Shown here: piece after piece, positions 59,801-64,000 of the stretch
Layout: every line of letters begins with the position of its first letter
Numbering within the stretch: position 1 is the stretch's first letter
Source of the DNA: Myxococcota bacterium
Lineage (GTDB): Bacteria > Myxococcota_A > UBA9042 > PHBI01 > JAWLBL01
Assembly (NCBI GenBank): GCA_041687695.1
Contig: JAWLBL010000025.1
Span: forward strand, 32,001-96,000
Reading direction: 5' to 3'
Length of the DNA stretch: 64,000 nucleotides
Notes under the pieces: generated by a model
Told to the model about the DNA's origin: nothing
Seen by the model: the letters and a program-made list of their open reading frames with translations, nothing else
Databases searched by the model: none
Position numbers and translations under genes: made by a program

Positions 59801-60230
59801 CCGCGAGGCGGCGGCCGACGGGCCGCTCGGTGGCGCGGTAGCAGGTGCCGTCCGGGCAGGTGCCCCAGGCGATGACCGAGAGGACGGCGGGGTGGGTGAT
59901 GGCGCCCCAGGCGCGGGCCTCGCGCAGGAAGGGGGTGGCCTGCGAGGGGGCGAGGGCGTCCGTGGCGGGCTGCACCAGCTCGATCAGCACGTCCGCGTCC
60001 TCGGGGTGCCGTCGGGCCGTGTAGACGAGGCCGACCCGGCCGCGGCCGAGCGGGGCGAGCAGGGTGAAGCGCTCGTCGACGAGCGCGCCGGGGAGGAGCT
60101 CGGGGGGCAGGTGCCACACGGGCTGGGTGTGCACCGGGCAGCGGCGCGCGCTCGCGGCCGTGGCCGGCGTCTTGACCGGCGGCGGCCCGCCACAGCTCGT
60201 ACAGTAGGGGACCAGGGAACGGTCGCGCAT
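56874..60230 (-). CDS. Pseudokinase + P-loop ATPase + TPR protein
   Basis: Kinase fold (GRGRVG, SPEQ, ADLYALG, LTGAPPF) with degenerate catalytic motifs; GERGLGKS, LIADD, GSPL; C-terminal TPR-like helices; start uncertain (60230 or 60299). Confidence 0.8.
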   Translation of the reverse strand: MRDRSLVPYCTSCGGPPPVKTPATAASARRCPVHTQPVWHLPPELLPGALVDERFTLLAPLGRGRVGLVYTARRHPEDADVLIELVQPATDALAPSQATPFLREARAWGAITHPAVLSVIAWGTCPDGTCYRATERPVGRRLADHLRAEGLRAADALAIAAHLADALADIHRAGLVHGELRPTNILAPGAEFDPARVRLIGFALALDADPQRDRTRGGAPWASPEQLRGRRLGSAADLYALGAVLYEALTGAPPFGTEPAAQVVRGHLDHPPEPPSARRLEPGLPASVDALCLSLLAKNPTDRPGDAAEVAERLRALEQQLRAAPPRAATTTRTGPELAPPGFTGRAPQKAAAIRMLDDALNLESGRLLWIEGERGLGKSRLADFVKGEARQRGMRVLDVREAPELVELAAALGLGAAAGGPDASPGRLQAAARAIATAANRGPPVLIADDVDGERPLPPELLGALARQLATLGKPALLVLVLQRQPGPASTDPALVEAQRLLGEGFRALGLLALQDTDMRLLVLSALPGADAPLVEHVVQSAAGSPLRALELLRERVSRGDIVETPTGWTLRAQILPPFEREILGRRLASLRAIEPGGESAHGILLRLALLGPRVPHRLLRTLLRREGRPDAVEPLDLDLALLVTTGWIRDDQRTGGARFLHLRNEAWREALLAAIPEGPDRRRLFSLAAQSLAAIYRDHRGRWGPLIGAHLAEAGERGQAVYQFVEAARDAERRKVFGEALAAWQRAATLVDAEDTPMTAATIWRGLATMLIAGGRHVVAAPWVERLPDEAPRLELMGDLREAGADDRGAVHLFEEALNAWMDGADQAQAARVAVKLGRVLWRCGETARASQCFEQARLVGAEHDLPELAWEALAHLANTVLHAGSPRGALKLLEGAPAPIDDLSRARARVVEGAALLALGIDERAALACDDALERYERVGLARCRNLALRLRARALAAASRFDEAEVLAHQTLALSGTIGDQRGTARSLLALTEIASLRGQHDAALEWGERALDASDELPLTHDRTFALVITGEAAAAADLLEVADARLTQAHRLLAGRDGSGLLLAQAAAALADVRARRGDDTAPALWEQAVSLYEQIGHIRRLAQLEARKPAP

Positions 60231-60386
60231 CGCGCGGGACCTGCCGTCGAAGGGTGGGCCGGCCACGCCCCCCCGCGGGGCGCGACCTCGCGAACGCATC
60301 CGTTCGCGTGTGCGGGGACCGACCGGATCTCCGGAGGGTCACTCCCCTCTAGAACACGAGCGTCGTCGCTCCGGCAAGCCCCATGG

Positions 60387-61124
60387 TTACAGTCGCATGG
60401 CCCGGACGAGCAGCCGGGGACAGCCGTCGCGCACCGGGCCGCCTCCGTAGTCGCCGAGCAGCGCGTCGGCGACGAAGCCGGCCGCCTCGAGCATCCACTC
60501 GACCTCGGCGGGGAAGACGAGGCGCAGGGTCAGCGGCGACGTGGCGACGAGCGCGTCGTCGAGGTAGTAGCGGTCCAGGAACTCGATGCGCTGCTCGGCC
60601 GGGAACCGGCGCGTCTCGCGGGTGCGGCGGGCTTCGCGCTCGCCGAGCTGCCCCTGCCAGCTGGTGCGCTCGGGGCTGTGGCGCACGCCGAGCAGGGCGA
60701 AGTCGGGCATCGGCAGGTCGAGGGTCAGCAGGCCGCCGGGGTGCAGGGCGCGGTGGCAGGCGGCGAGGCACCGCTGCTGGTCGACCCGCCTGGGCAGGAA
60801 GTTGAAGGCGGCGTTGGGGACGACGATCTCGGCGAAGGGGCCGCCGACGCGGGCCACGTCGAAGTCGCGCATGTCCCCTTGCACGTATCGGGCCTGGGGC
60901 GCGCGCTCGCGGGCGATGGCGAGCATCGCCTCGGATCGGTCGAGGCCGACGACCCCGCGCGAGGCGCCGAGGACGCGGCCGACGCGGCCGGTGCCGCAGC
61001 CGAGGACCAGCAGCCGCCCGGCGACACCGCGCCGGGCGAAGAAGGCGACGTCGGCCTCGAGGCGGCCGTACTCGGCTTCGTAGAAGTCGGCGATGAGGGC
61101 GTAGGGGTCGAGCTCGTCAGTCAA
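60387..61124 (-). CDS. Class I SAM-dependent methyltransferase
   Basis: LVLGCGTGRV, GLDRSEAML, QGDMRDF, LHPGG. Confidence 0.88.
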   Translation of the reverse strand: MTDELDPYALIADFYEAEYGRLEADVAFFARRGVAGRLLVLGCGTGRVGRVLGASRGVVGLDRSEAMLAIARERAPQARYVQGDMRDFDVARVGGPFAEIVVPNAAFNFLPRRVDQQRCLAACHRALHPGGLLTLDLPMPDFALLGVRHSPERTSWQGQLGEREARRTRETRRFPAEQRIEFLDRYYLDDALVATSPLTLRLVFPAEVEWMLEAAGFVADALLGDYGGGPVRDGCPRLLVRAMRL

Positions 61125-61127
61125 GCG

Positions 61128-64000
<2,873 letters not shown>

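Overview
This is a very GC-rich chromosomal segment. MYXO-CTERM, PEGA and Cys/Asp-rich surface repeats and several eukaryote-like Ser/Thr kinases point to a Myxococcota-like organism (inference). It holds about 46 genes and shows no integrase, transposase, phage gene or CRISPR array. Transport and housekeeping: TetR-regulated RND efflux operon, TerC, lepB-trpS, moeA, holC. One-carbon/thiamine region: thiC, glyA, NAD kinase, gcvT-gcvH-gcvPA (no gcvPB), folD. RNA-related: a free-standing tRNA-Sec and several RNA-modification enzymes (thiI, RsuA-, RlmD-, RlmL-like). Also present are a heterodimeric ABC exporter coupled to an atypical Hsp70, a Baeyer-Villiger monooxygenase and large surface proteins. 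The most interesting candidates are: (i) two amino-methyltransferases plus a MazG/dCTPase with no nuclease (33232-36259); (ii) a small Zn-ribbon lipoprotein with two xYG motifs resembling a radical-SAM splicease substrate (11262-11606); (iii) a deiminase with both a lipobox and a MYXO-CTERM (28261-30504); (iv) ThiI with a Cys-less rhodanese remnant; (v) a pseudokinase-ATPase-TPR protein; (vi) several apparently leaderless genes. All calls come from reading motifs by eye, with no database search. Start codons are best estimates.
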